Assembly (NCBI GenBank): GCA_003220265.1
Contig: QHRW01000115.1
Span: forward strand, 1,391 to 65,390
Length of the DNA stretch: 64,000 bases
Direction: 5' to 3'
From: Candidatus Rokuibacteriota bacterium
Lineage (GTDB): Bacteria > Methylomirabilota > Methylomirabilia > Rokubacteriales > CSP1-6
The translations under genes and the position numbers were made by a program. Below, in pieces: positions 54,312 to 63,339 of the stretch (positions are counted from its first letter, which is position 1; each line of letters starts with the position of its first letter). The notes beneath the pieces are model-generated. The model did not search any database and was not told where the DNA came from. It was given only the letters and a program-made list of their open reading frames with translations.

Positions 54312-55913
54312 CTAGTTCCCCGCTCGCGGCGGCATCGACGGATTGTGGAACGACGGCGGCCCCTCGATGGGCGCGGGCTGCGCGCCGCCCGGCGGGAGGG
54401 GCGCGGGCTGGACGGGCCGTGGAGGCTGAGCGCCCGACTGCGGGATCTGCGGGCGGCGCGGCGGCGTCAACGACGGCGGCGAGACGGGAGGCGGCGCGAC
54501 CGTCGGCGGCGGGGCCACGGACGGCGCCGGGGCGCTCCCGGTCGGCGTCCCCGTCGCCGAGGCGCCGTCGGCTTCCCAGGCCGCGCGGATGCGGAACTGC
54601 TCCTTGTCGCGCCCGCGCGTCACCGGCGACGAGAACTCGACGCGCTCGAGCCGCGGCGAGTTCTCGAGCAGGGGAATGAGCGCGCTGGCCGCGGCCGCCT
54701 GCCCGGTCAGCTCGACGCCCTTCGGATCGAGCGAGAGCGTCGTGAGCCAGGTGTCGCTCGGCAGCAGTTCGGTGAGGTCACGCAGCACGGGCAGCGGGCG
54801 GATCGAGTTCCGTTCCAGGTTGTTGATCGTGGCGAGCAGCTTGCGCTTGCGCTCGAGCTCGCGCAGCACGCGCTCCACCGACTTCACGTCGGGATCGATG
54901 CGCCCGATCTCGGTGTTGACGCGCCCGAGCTGGCGCTGCTCGCGCAGGCCGGGCACGAGCACGGCGGCCACGAGGAGGGCGACGGTGACGGTGGCCGTGC
55001 CGAGCGTGATCGCCTGTGCGCGGCTGAGCCGGCGCGGCCGCAGCGGCACCGGCAGCAGGTCGAGCGCGCGCCCCGCGCGCGCCATCGCCGTCGCCAGGGC
55101 CAGCGTGTGCGCGCCGCGCTCCTCGGGCGCCAGCGACTCCACGCGGCCCCGCGCGCGCGGACCGTAGTCCGGCTCGCTGACCGGCACGCCGATCGCGGCG
55201 AGCGCGGGCGAATCGGGATCGAGGTCGCCGGAGACCCACACGGCGTCGCAGGTGCGCCAGCGCACCGCCGCCATCGAGCGGCGGACCTCCTCGGCCAGCG
55301 TCGCCTCGTCGCCGCCCGGCACGGTGCGGCTCATCACGGGGATCGGCCCGTGCAGGCACAGCAGGTCGGCCGCGAGACCCGCGCGATGCACCCAGATCAC
55401 GCGCTCACCGCGGGCGGGGCGCGCGAGGGCGAGCAGGTCGTGGGCGGCGACCGTGAGCGAGACGGGACGCAGCCGCGCCTCCTCGGCGATGCGCAGGGCG
55501 GCCTCCACCACGCGCGGCTCGGCGGCGACGACCAGCACGCGGCGCAGCGTCTCGTCGCGCCGCGCGCCGTCGCCGTCGATGGGCAGGGGCGCCCAGTCGA
55601 AGGCGGCGTCGTCGGCGGCGAACGGCACGTGGCCGTCGAGGTTGAGGCGGACCATCTCGCGCATGTCGCCGCCGATCATCGGCAGCTCGATCGGCTTCAC
55701 GAAGGCGGCCGCGCGCGAGAGGCCGAGCGCCACCGAGCGCGGGGCGAGCTGCCGCGCGGCAAGCTCGTCGCGCAGCACGGCGGCCGGGTTCTCGGCCGCG
55801 ATGCTGAACGTCTCCACGCGCTCGCCGGAGACCGCGGCGACCGCGAGGCGGTCGCTCAGGAAGACCACGGCGAGCCGTACCGAGCTCAGCTTCAGCGGGT
55901 TCGTCAACTTCAT
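54312..55913 (-). CDS. gspL: GspL-like T2SS protein (PilM-like cytoplasmic domain + TM + PilN-like domain + Pro-rich tail)
   Basis: 533 aa with a central TM AITLGTATVTVALLVAAVLV. Call rests on its position between gspK and gspM. Confidence 0.6.
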   Translation of the reverse strand: MKLTNPLKLSSVRLAVVFLSDRLAVAAVSGERVETFSIAAENPAAVLRDELAARQLAPRSVALGLSRAAAFVKPIELPMIGGDMREMVRLNLDGHVPFAADDAAFDWAPLPIDGDGARRDETLRRVLVVAAEPRVVEAALRIAEEARLRPVSLTVAAHDLLALARPARGERVIWVHRAGLAADLLCLHGPIPVMSRTVPGGDEATLAEEVRRSMAAVRWRTCDAVWVSGDLDPDSPALAAIGVPVSEPDYGPRARGRVESLAPEERGAHTLALATAMARAGRALDLLPVPLRPRRLSRAQAITLGTATVTVALLVAAVLVPGLREQRQLGRVNTEIGRIDPDVKSVERVLRELERKRKLLATINNLERNSIRPLPVLRDLTELLPSDTWLTTLSLDPKGVELTGQAAAASALIPLLENSPRLERVEFSSPVTRGRDKEQFRIRAAWEADGASATGTPTGSAPAPSVAPPPTVAPPPVSPPSLTPPRRPQIPQSGAQPPRPVQPAPLPPGGAQPAPIEGPPSFHNPSMPPRAGN

Positions 55914-55963
55914 GAGACGAGATTAAACGCTACGCCTCGGGGGCAGCAGGGAAAAACCGCCGC

Positions 55964-56929
55964 TCAGCGGACGCCCGTCCACTCCAGCACGACGATTCCC
56001 TGGCCGTTCGCGTCCGTCCGCTTCTGGACGACCGCGGTCAGCCGGGCCCGGACCTGGCCGTCGATGATCCCCTGAGCCTCGATCCGGAAGATGTCGCTTC
56101 GCACCACGTTGATCCCCAGGCCACCGTACGGGCTGCTGAGGAGGGGCCCACCCCGGCGCCCCTGCTCGGTCGCCGAGAACTCGGCCTCCGAGACCTTCAG
56201 CCCGCGCGCGAGCAGCTTGCCGACCGTGTTGATGTTGATCTGGCCGGTCCCGGCCACGGTCACCAGCGAGAGCAGGCCGGGCCGACCCTCGGCGCCTTCG
56301 AGCAGCTTGGGCGTGATCCCCTTGATCTGGGCCAGCTCGCCCGTCGAGAAGAGGTTACCGTTCTTCGACCGGTAGGGGACGGCCAGCTTCAGGTACGTGT
56401 CCTCGCTCTCCGCGCCGTTGAGGCGGTGGTCCTCGTTCGCGTCGCGCCAGTCCTGCCAGCTGTCCACGATCACGTCGCGGTCGGACTTCTCGAGGCCGAG
56501 CGCCTGCAGGAGCCCATCGAAGCGGGCCGGCGTCGTGAAGTTCACGTTCAGCCGCGCCTGCTCGTCCGTGATGCAGTAGGAGAACTGCCCGGCGCCGAGC
56601 GGGACGTTCTTGTGGGGCAGCCGCTTGAGCGCGAGCTTGTCGCGGCCCCAGAACACCAGCGGGCAATCCGGCTCCTCCTCCTGCTCCTTGAGGTCCCCCA
56701 GCGTGACCCAGCCGTAGTCGGCGGCGATCTCGCGGATCGCCTGCTCGAGGCCCGCCTCGGCCAGGTGGCCGGCGATGAGGTTCTCCTTGTAGACGCGCGC
56801 GGCGGTGGCCTCGAGACGCATCGAGTACGCGAACTCGGCGCCGATGATGCCGACGAAGGCCAGCACCAGCAGCACCGCGACGAGGGCGAAGCCGCGCTGC
56901 GAGGACGGCGCGCGCTCGAGCCCGCTCAT
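55964..56929 (-). CDS. gspK: Type II secretion system minor pseudopilin GspK
   Basis: SSQRGFALVAVLLVLAFVGIIGAEFAYSMRLE..., DEQARLNVN, INTVGKLL. Confidence 0.75.
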   Translation of the reverse strand: MSGLERAPSSQRGFALVAVLLVLAFVGIIGAEFAYSMRLEATAARVYKENLIAGHLAEAGLEQAIREIAADYGWVTLGDLKEQEEEPDCPLVFWGRDKLALKRLPHKNVPLGAGQFSYCITDEQARLNVNFTTPARFDGLLQALGLEKSDRDVIVDSWQDWRDANEDHRLNGAESEDTYLKLAVPYRSKNGNLFSTGELAQIKGITPKLLEGAEGRPGLLSLVTVAGTGQININTVGKLLARGLKVSEAEFSATEQGRRGGPLLSSPYGGLGINVVRSDIFRIEAQGIIDGQVRARLTAVVQKRTDANGQGIVVLEWTGVR

Positions 56930-57537
56930 TGCGGCGGCGCGATCCGGAGCGACACCGTGATGGGCGGCAGCTCCTCGGTGCGCCCGTTGAGGCTCGTGCC
57001 GACGGTGATCTTCACCGCCTTCGGCGTGGCCTTGCTCTCGGCCCCGTCCCAGGTGTCCTTCCAGCCGCCGTCGTCGAGGTACCCGAACTTCAGCCCGACC
57101 ACGGTGGGATCGCGATAGACGATCTCCGCCTTGTCGAACGGGTCCTGGTTAGGGAGCGCGCGCTGGCGCACGACCAGGCCCGGCTCGCCGGCCTCGTCGA
57201 GCGAGAGGATCACGGCGGTGAACGCGATGGGGATCGCGAAGGCAAACGGCGGCGTCTGGCTCACGAACTCCACGCGCTTGTCGGTGCCGGCGAACAGCAC
57301 GACGGGATCCGGGCCCGAGCTGCGCGAGGCCCGGTACGGGTAGGCAGCGGAGACCGCGCGCGCCAGCGTGAGCGCGACGCTGCGCACGTGCTGGTGCGCC
57401 TCCGCGCGGTCCTCCCCGCGCTGCCAGGCGCTCACCGCCACGCGCAGGCCGCCGAAGGCGATGGCCAGGAGCGCGCCCACGATGGCCAGGGCCAGGAGCA
57501 GCTCGATGAGCGTGAAGCCGCGCTGGCGCCGGCTCAT
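56926..57537 (-). CDS. gspJ: Type II secretion system minor pseudopilin GspJ
   Basis: MSRRQRGFTLIELLLALAIVGALLAIAF. ATGA overlap with gspI. Confidence 0.7.
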   Translation of the reverse strand: MSRRQRGFTLIELLLALAIVGALLAIAFGGLRVAVSAWQRGEDRAEAHQHVRSVALTLARAVSAAYPYRASRSSGPDPVVLFAGTDKRVEFVSQTPPFAFAIPIAFTAVILSLDEAGEPGLVVRQRALPNQDPFDKAEIVYRDPTVVGLKFGYLDDGGWKDTWDGAESKATPKAVKITVGTSLNGRTEELPPITVSLRIAPPQ

Positions 57538-57938
57538 CGGCGGTTCTCCGCCGCCTTCTGATCGGCCTCCGACACGGTGCGCAGCGTGGTCACGCCGACG
57601 CCGCGCTTGCCCTCGCCCCACGCGACCTGCACGTTGATCTCGTACACGTGCCACTTGGGGACCTGGCCGCTCGGCGTCAGCTCGGGCGCCGGAATCTCCT
57701 TGATCACCCGCTCCCAGGTGAACGTGCCCTCGGTGCCGCCCTCGCGGCCCTCCTTGGGCAGCACGATCTCGCGCGTCTTCTGGTCGGCCAGGAGCGCGGC
57801 CTGCTGGTGATCGCCGGAGAGCTTCAGCAGCCGCAGGCCCTGGGCGAAGCCCTGCACGGCCACGACGATGGTGAGGCTGAGGATGGCGAACGCCACCAGC
57901 ACCTCGATCAGCGTGAAGCCGGCCTCGCGACGTCTCAC
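57534..57938 (-). CDS. gspI: Type II secretion system minor pseudopilin GspI
   Basis: The GTG start sits in a GTGA overlap. RRREAGFTLIEVLVAFAILSLTIVV. Confidence 0.7.
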   Translation of the reverse strand: MRRREAGFTLIEVLVAFAILSLTIVVAVQGFAQGLRLLKLSGDHQQAALLADQKTREIVLPKEGREGGTEGTFTWERVIKEIPAPELTPSGQVPKWHVYEINVQVAWGEGKRGVGVTTLRTVSEADQKAAENRR

Positions 57939-58390
57939 TGCCGCGCAGCCTTCACGCGTCCGGTGAGCGCATCCACCGTGACGCGGTAGGTGATGGCGCC
58001 CGAGGACAGCCGGAAGTCGCCGCCGCTCGAGCCGCCCTGGGGCTCGAACCGCACGGTGAGCGCGGGCGGCGGCGTCGCTTCCACGGTGAGCCGATCGGAC
58101 AGCGCGCGCGACTCGCGCACCTCGCCGTCCGGTCCTCCCACGCGCACGCTCACGCGCTGGGCGGCGACGTCGATGACGACCGCCTGCGGCTTCTGGCTCA
58201 CGATGGCCCGCTCGCGCGCGTGGCGCAGCAGCGCCGAGAAGCCGGCCACCTCCGCCCGCATGCGGACCGCCTCCGTCCCGCGCCCGATGGACGGCGTGAC
58301 GAGGGCCACCACCACGGCCAGGATGGCCAGCGTGACGATCAGCTCGAGCAGCGTGAAGCCGCCGGCGCGGAGGCCGGCGCCCCGCGTCAC
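57935..58390 (-). CDS. gspH: Type II secretion system minor pseudopilin GspH
   Basis: The GTG start sits in a GTGA overlap. TRGAGLRAGGFTLLELIVTLAILAVVVAL. Confidence 0.7.
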   Translation of the reverse strand: MTRGAGLRAGGFTLLELIVTLAILAVVVALVTPSIGRGTEAVRMRAEVAGFSALLRHARERAIVSQKPQAVVIDVAAQRVSVRVGGPDGEVRESRALSDRLTVEATPPPALTVRFEPQGGSSGGDFRLSSGAITYRVTVDALTGRVKAARQ

Positions 58391-58833
58391 TGCGTGCGCT
58401 TCTTGGCGAGTTCCCATGACGCGACGTCGGCGTTCTCCCCGTCGCCACCCGGCGCGCCATCCGCGCCCTCCGACCACAGGTCGTAATCGTCGTGCTGTCC
58501 CGGACAGCAGCTGTACTTGTAGGCGTGATCCCACGGATCGGCCGGGACGTCCTTCTTCTTGAGGTAGGGGCCGTTCCAGTTGGCCGCGCCCGGGTTCTTC
58601 ACCAGCGCGCTCAGGCCCTGCGACGTGTTGGGATAGGTGCCGACGTCGAGCCGGTAGGCGTCGAGCGCGCCACCGAAGATCTCGATCTGCGCGCGGGCGG
58701 CCGCCTGCTTGGACTTGCCGACGTGCCCGAACAGGCGCGGGCCGACCAGGCCCACAAGCAGGCTCAAGATGATGATGACCACGAGCAGCTCCACGAGGGT
58801 GAAGCCGGACTGGTCACGCAGCCGCCGCCTCAT
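58387..58833 (-). CDS. gspG: Type II secretion system major pseudopilin GspG
   Basis: MRRRLRDQSGFTLVELLVVIIILSLLVGLVGPR..., DPWDHAYKY. Confidence 0.85.
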   Translation of the reverse strand: MRRRLRDQSGFTLVELLVVIIILSLLVGLVGPRLFGHVGKSKQAAARAQIEIFGGALDAYRLDVGTYPNTSQGLSALVKNPGAANWNGPYLKKKDVPADPWDHAYKYSCCPGQHDDYDLWSEGADGAPGGDGENADVASWELAKKRTQ

Positions 58834-60044
58834 AGCGGCATCTCGTTGATCGAAAAGATCGCCAGTAGCATCGCCACGACGATGAACGCCACGATGACCC
58901 CCATGCCGAGAATGATGATCGGCTCCAGCATCCCGAGCACCCGCTTCATCTCCGTGCGGACGTCGGTCTCGAACGTGTCGGCCGTCTTCAACAACATCTC
59001 CTCCAGCCGCCCGGTTTCCTCACCCACGCGAACCATGTGCACAGCCAGCGCGGGGAAGGTCGTGTGCTCCTTCATGCCGGCCGCGATGGTGCCACCGCGC
59101 TTGACGCCCTCGGCCAGCCGCGTGACGGCGCCGCCGATGGCCTGGTTCGACATCATGTCGCCGACCACGGCCATGGCGCCCAGCACCGGCACGCCGCTCT
59201 TGAGCATCGTGCCCAGCGTGCGCGTGAAGCGCGCCGTCTCCACCTTGAGCGTGAGCTGCCCTACCAGCGGGAGGCGCAGGATGAGCTGGTCCCAGGACAG
59301 CCGCCCCTCGGCGCTGCTCGTCCACACCCGCCAGGCGAGGACGATGGCGAGACCGCCCAGCAGGCCGACCCACCAGTAGTCGTGCACGGCGCCGCTGATC
59401 TCCAGCAAGATCTGCGTCGGCAGCGGAATCGCCTGGCCCAGGTCCTTGAAGATGACGGCGAACCGCGGGATGACGAACGTCATCAAGAAGATGATGGCGC
59501 CGGTGCCCACGGTCAAGATGACGGCCGGGTAGGCCAAGGCTGACACCACGGCCTCGTTGAACGCGGCGCGCGCCTCCAGGAACTCGGCCAGCCGCCGCAG
59601 GGAGATCTCCAGCACGCCGCCCTTCTCGCCCGCCCGCACCATGTTGATGTACAGGCGCGAGAACGGCCGCGGGTGGTGCTTGGCCATCGCCTCGCTCAGC
59701 GAGGAGCCGCCGCGCACGCTGCGCAGCAGGTCGCTGATGATCGTGCGCACCCGCGCGCTCGGGGCCAGCTCCTCCAGGATGCCGAGCGCGCGGTCGAGCG
59801 GCAGGCCGGCCTCGAAGAGCGTGGCCAGCATCTGCGTCATGGCCATGAGGTCGCGCTGGCGGACGCGCGAGGAGCCGCCGCCCAGCGAGAGCAGGCTGGA
59901 GCGCTCGCTCTGCGGCGCGACCTTGATGGGAAAGTAGGAGTCCTTGCGCAGCTGCTCGGCCACCGCGCGCGCGTCCACCGCTTCCATGACACCGTCGATG
60001 GTCTGGCCGCGCCGGTCGGCCGCCCGGTAGGTGAAAACGGGCAT
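58830..60044 (-). CDS. gspF: Type II secretion system inner-membrane platform protein GspF
   Basis: MPVFTYRAADRRGQTIDGVMEA..., two T2SSF repeats (LATLFEAGLPLDRAL, LGTMLKSGVPVLGAM). Confidence 0.85.
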   Translation of the reverse strand: MPVFTYRAADRRGQTIDGVMEAVDARAVAEQLRKDSYFPIKVAPQSERSSLLSLGGGSSRVRQRDLMAMTQMLATLFEAGLPLDRALGILEELAPSARVRTIISDLLRSVRGGSSLSEAMAKHHPRPFSRLYINMVRAGEKGGVLEISLRRLAEFLEARAAFNEAVVSALAYPAVILTVGTGAIIFLMTFVIPRFAVIFKDLGQAIPLPTQILLEISGAVHDYWWVGLLGGLAIVLAWRVWTSSAEGRLSWDQLILRLPLVGQLTLKVETARFTRTLGTMLKSGVPVLGAMAVVGDMMSNQAIGGAVTRLAEGVKRGGTIAAGMKEHTTFPALAVHMVRVGEETGRLEEMLLKTADTFETDVRTEMKRVLGMLEPIIILGMGVIVAFIVVAMLLAIFSINEMPL

Positions 60045-60049
60045 AAGTG

Positions 60050-61762
60050 TCAGGCGTCTTCCTGCGTGACTCTCAGGATCTCCTCGACCGTGGTGGCCCC
60101 CTCGCACGCGCGCTTCCAGCCGTCCATGCGCAGGGTCGCCATGCCGCGCTGGATGGCGTGCTGGCGGATGTCGCGCGTGGAGGCGCGGCGCAGGATGAGG
60201 CTACGCGCGTCCTCATCGAGGACGAACAGCTCGTAGATGCCGGAGCGGCCGCGATAGCCGGTGCCGCGGCACTCCTCGCAGCCCTTGCCGCGGAAGAGCG
60301 TGACGTCGGGGGGAGCGTCGATGCCGAGCGCGTCGAGGTCGGCCTTGGACGGCGTATCGGGCACGCGGCAGCTCGGGCAGATGCGGCGGACGAGGCGCTG
60401 GGCCAGCACGGCCTCGAGCACCGAGGCGACCAGGTAGCCTTCCACGCCCATGTCTTGCAGGCGCGTGATGGCGCCGGGCGCGTCATTGGTGTGCAGCGTC
60501 GAGAAAACCAGGTGGCCGGTGAGAGAGGCCTGGATGGCCACCTCGGCCGTCTCCAGGTCGCGGATCTCGCCGACCAGGATGACGTCGGGGTCCTGCCGGA
60601 CGATGTGGCGCAGGCCGTTGGCGAAGCTGAGCCCGATCTTCGGCTTCACCGGGATCTGGTTCACACCCTTGAGCTGGTACTCGACGGGATCCTCGACCGT
60701 GATGATCTTCACGCCAGGCGAGTTGATCTTGTCGAGCGCGGCATAGAGTGTCGTCGTCTTGCCGGAGCCCGTGGGTCCGGTGACCAGCACGATGCCGTGC
60801 GGCCGCTTGATCAGCCCCTCGAACCGCTTGAGGGTGTCGGTCGGGAACCCGAGCTTTTCGAGCGGGTGGAAGACGCTCGAGCGCTGCAGCAGCCGCATGA
60901 CGATCGACTCGCCGTGGACGGTCGGGATGGTGGACACGCGGATGTCCACGCGCTGGCCGTGGAGCGTCACGCGGATGCGGCCGTCCTGGGGCAGCCGCCG
61001 CTCGGCGATGTTCAGCTCGGCCATGATCTTGATGCGCGAGGTGACGGCCGCCTGCAGCCGGCGCGGCGGCGCTTCCTGCTCGTACAGAATGCCGTCGATG
61101 CGGTACCGGATGCGCAGCGTGTCCTCGAACGGCTCGATGTGGATGTCGGAGGCCTCGCTGCTGATGGCGCCCTCGATGAGCAGGTTCACCAGCCGCACGA
61201 CGGGCGCCTCGAACGCCATGTCGCGCAGGTGATTGACGTCCTCGTCGTCGCCGGCGCCCCCCTCGTCGTCCATGCCCTCCACGATCCGCTGCAGCGGTGT
61301 GGCGGCGCCGTCGTAGGTGCGGTCGATCGCCTGGGTGATGGCGTCGGCCGGGCACACGACGATCTTGATGTTGAGCCCTGTCGACTGGCGCAGGTCGTCC
61401 ACGATGATCGGGTTCAGGGGATCGGCGGTGGCCACCGTCAGCAGGCCGCCCTCCACGCTCACCGGGCAGACCGCGTTCTGCCGGAGATACTTCGGCGAGA
61501 GGTTCTTGAGCACGGGCAGCGCCGAGGGCAGCTCGTCGGCCGTGACGAAGGCCAGGTTTTGCTGGCGAGCCAGCGCGCGCAGCACGTCCTCGGCGGTGAC
61601 AGCGCCGAGCGCGACCAGCGCTTCGCCGATCAGCTCACCGGTCGTCTGCGCGCGGGCGAGGCCCCGCTCGATGACGTCCGGGGTGGTGAGGCCCTCCTGG
61701 ACGAGAATCTCGCCCAGAAGGCGGGGGGAGGCGGCGATGACCATGTTATTCTTCCGCAACAT
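60050..61762 (-). CDS. gspE: Type II secretion system ATPase GspE
   Basis: N-terminal MshEN-type domain (LGEILVQEGLTTPDVIERGL), GPTGSGKTTT (Walker A), DPDVILVGEIRD, tetracysteine CPSC...CEEC. The start is ATG 61762 or 61744. Confidence 0.9.
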   Translation of the reverse strand: MLRKNNMVIAASPRLLGEILVQEGLTTPDVIERGLARAQTTGELIGEALVALGAVTAEDVLRALARQQNLAFVTADELPSALPVLKNLSPKYLRQNAVCPVSVEGGLLTVATADPLNPIIVDDLRQSTGLNIKIVVCPADAITQAIDRTYDGAATPLQRIVEGMDDEGGAGDDEDVNHLRDMAFEAPVVRLVNLLIEGAISSEASDIHIEPFEDTLRIRYRIDGILYEQEAPPRRLQAAVTSRIKIMAELNIAERRLPQDGRIRVTLHGQRVDIRVSTIPTVHGESIVMRLLQRSSVFHPLEKLGFPTDTLKRFEGLIKRPHGIVLVTGPTGSGKTTTLYAALDKINSPGVKIITVEDPVEYQLKGVNQIPVKPKIGLSFANGLRHIVRQDPDVILVGEIRDLETAEVAIQASLTGHLVFSTLHTNDAPGAITRLQDMGVEGYLVASVLEAVLAQRLVRRICPSCRVPDTPSKADLDALGIDAPPDVTLFRGKGCEECRGTGYRGRSGIYELFVLDEDARSLILRRASTRDIRQHAIQRGMATLRMDGWKRACEGATTVEEILRVTQEDA

Positions 61763-62492
61763 GCTAGCATACCTGGCTTTTGCGGCCGTCGCGGCTGTCG
61801 CGGACGTGGCCGGAGCCGTGATCGTCACGACCGCCCACAAGCGCCGCCACGCCCCCCTCAGGTACTTCGTCGCCGCCGGGGCCGGGTTCATGCTGGCCGC
61901 CGCCTTCGTGCGCATGCTGCCGGAGGCGACCCAGGTCCCCCACGCCTTTCTTTACGTGCTGATCGGCTACTTCGGGGTTCACCTGTTCGAGCACACCTTC
62001 GCGCCGCACTTCCACTTCGGCGAGGAGACCCACACGGACGCCATGCTCAAGCGCTCGTCGGGCTGGCTGGCGGCCATCGGTCTGGGCGTGCACACGCTCT
62101 TCGACGGGGTGGCCATCGCGGCCGGCTTCATGGTGAGTCCCACCCTGGGCGGCCTGCTGTTCCTGGCGGTTGTCATCCACAAGATTCCCGAGGGCTTCAC
62201 GATCGCCTCGATCATGCTGGCGGCCGGCTACGCGCGCGGCGCGGCCGTGGCCGCCGGCGGCGCGCTTGGTGTGCTGACGCTCGGCGGCGCGCTCCTCACC
62301 GGCCTGGTCGCGCATCAGCACGTGGGGGCGGCGCTCGCGCTCTCGGCCGGCGTCACGATCTACGTCGCCGCGTCCGACCTCATCCCCGAGGTCAATCGCG
62401 AGGGCGGGCCCGCCCTGGCGTGGACGGTCTTCGGGGGGCTCGTCTTCTTCATCGTGGCCGACTGGCTGCTCTCGGAGTTCGTCAGCCATTGA
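61761..62492 (+). CDS. ZIP family metal transporter (ZupT-like)
   Basis: MLAYLAFAAVAAVADVAGAVIV..., HTLFDGVAIAAGF, VVIHKIPEGFTIAS. The start is ATG 61761; alternatives are 61737 and 61743. Confidence 0.8.
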   Translation: MLAYLAFAAVAAVADVAGAVIVTTAHKRRHAPLRYFVAAGAGFMLAAAFVRMLPEATQVPHAFLYVLIGYFGVHLFEHTFAPHFHFGEETHTDAMLKRSSGWLAAIGLGVHTLFDGVAIAAGFMVSPTLGGLLFLAVVIHKIPEGFTIASIMLAAGYARGAAVAAGGALGVLTLGGALLTGLVAHQHVGAALALSAGVTIYVAASDLIPEVNREGGPALAWTVFGGLVFFIVADWLLSEFVSH

Positions 62493-62825
62493 TCATGGGG
62501 GCCACGAAATGGCCCCCAAACCCCCCGACGTTCGAAGCGCCCCGGCGGAGCCGTGGCGCTTCTCTGGAATGGTCCAGCGTCATGGGGGCCTCGACATGGC
62601 GCCCCCAAACCCCCCGACGTTCGAAGCGCCCCGGCGGAGCCGTGGCGCTTCTCTGGAATGGTCAGCGTCATGGGGGCCTCGACATGGCGCCCCCAAACCC
62701 CCCGACGTTCGAAGCGCCCCGGCGGAGCCGTGGCGCTTCTCTGGAATGGTCAGCGTCATGGGGGCCCCGAGATGGCCGCCAAGCCCCCACACGTTCGTCG
62801 CGCCCCGGCGCTTCTCTGGAAGCTG
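62493..62825. repeat. Tandem array 3 of the two-hairpin repeat family (87, 88, 88 nt plus one degenerate unit)
   Basis: Units start with TCATGGGGGCC at 62493, 62580, 62668 and 62756. Hairpin 2 of unit 1 is at 62534-62562. The last unit has lost the hairpin-2 loop. Confidence 0.9.
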
Positions 62826-62853
62826 TCGGGGCAGTGCTATCCTGAGCGCGATC

Positions 62854-63336
62854 ATGCGCGCCGCGCTCGTCCTGCACGGCCCTAATCTCAATCTGCTCGG
62901 CACTCGCGAGCCGGGAGTGTATGGCCGCGCGTCGCTGGCCGAGGTGGATCGCCTCGTGCAGGCGCAGGGCAAGCGGCGCGGGCTGCGCGTGGAGTGCCGC
63001 CAGTCGAACGTGGAGGGTGAGCTGATCAACTGGCTGCAGGGGGCGGCGCGCGAGGGCTTCGACGGCGTCGTGTTCAACCCGGGCGCGTTCACCCACTATT
63101 CGATCGCGCTGCGCGACGCGGTGGCGGCCATCACGCTGCCCGTGGTCGAGGTCCACCTCTCCAACATCCACGGCCGCGAGGAGTTCCGCCAACACTCGGT
63201 GATCGCCGCGGTAGCGCGCGGCCAGATCGCCGGCTTCGGCGCCCACAGCTACGTGCTCGCGCTCGACGCCTTGCTGGCGCTGCGCGACGGCCGCGCGCCC
63301 GCGCGCGTGAATTCCCGCCGTCGTCGCGGCGTCTAA
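62854..63336 (+). CDS. aroQ: Type II 3-dehydroquinate dehydratase
   Basis: MRAALVLHGPNLNLLGTREPGVYG..., NPGAFTHYSIALRDA, EVHLSNIHGREEFR. Internal ATG of ORF 62509..63336. Confidence 0.9.
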   Translation: MRAALVLHGPNLNLLGTREPGVYGRASLAEVDRLVQAQGKRRGLRVECRQSNVEGELINWLQGAAREGFDGVVFNPGAFTHYSIALRDAVAAITLPVVEVHLSNIHGREEFRQHSVIAAVARGQIAGFGAHSYVLALDALLALRDGRAPARVNSRRRRGV

Positions 63337-63339
63337 CCG

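Noticed and set aside
60047-62845. A 932-aa plus-strand ORF; similar long antisense ORFs occur at 2956..5343(-), 13396..15252(+), 17893..20286(-), 51121..53076(+), 54345..56075(+) and others.
   Set aside because: These are Arg/Ala/Gly/Pro-rich translations with no motifs. They lie exactly opposite well-supported genes, which is the typical stop-codon-poor shadow frame of very GC-rich DNA.
62509-63336. N-terminally extended AroQ (275 aa), and likewise extended OYE (38328..40043, 571 aa) and LivF (28742..29863, 373 aa).
   Set aside because: The extensions consist only of repeat-array read-through. The family homology begins at the internal ATGs (62854, 39830 and 29494).
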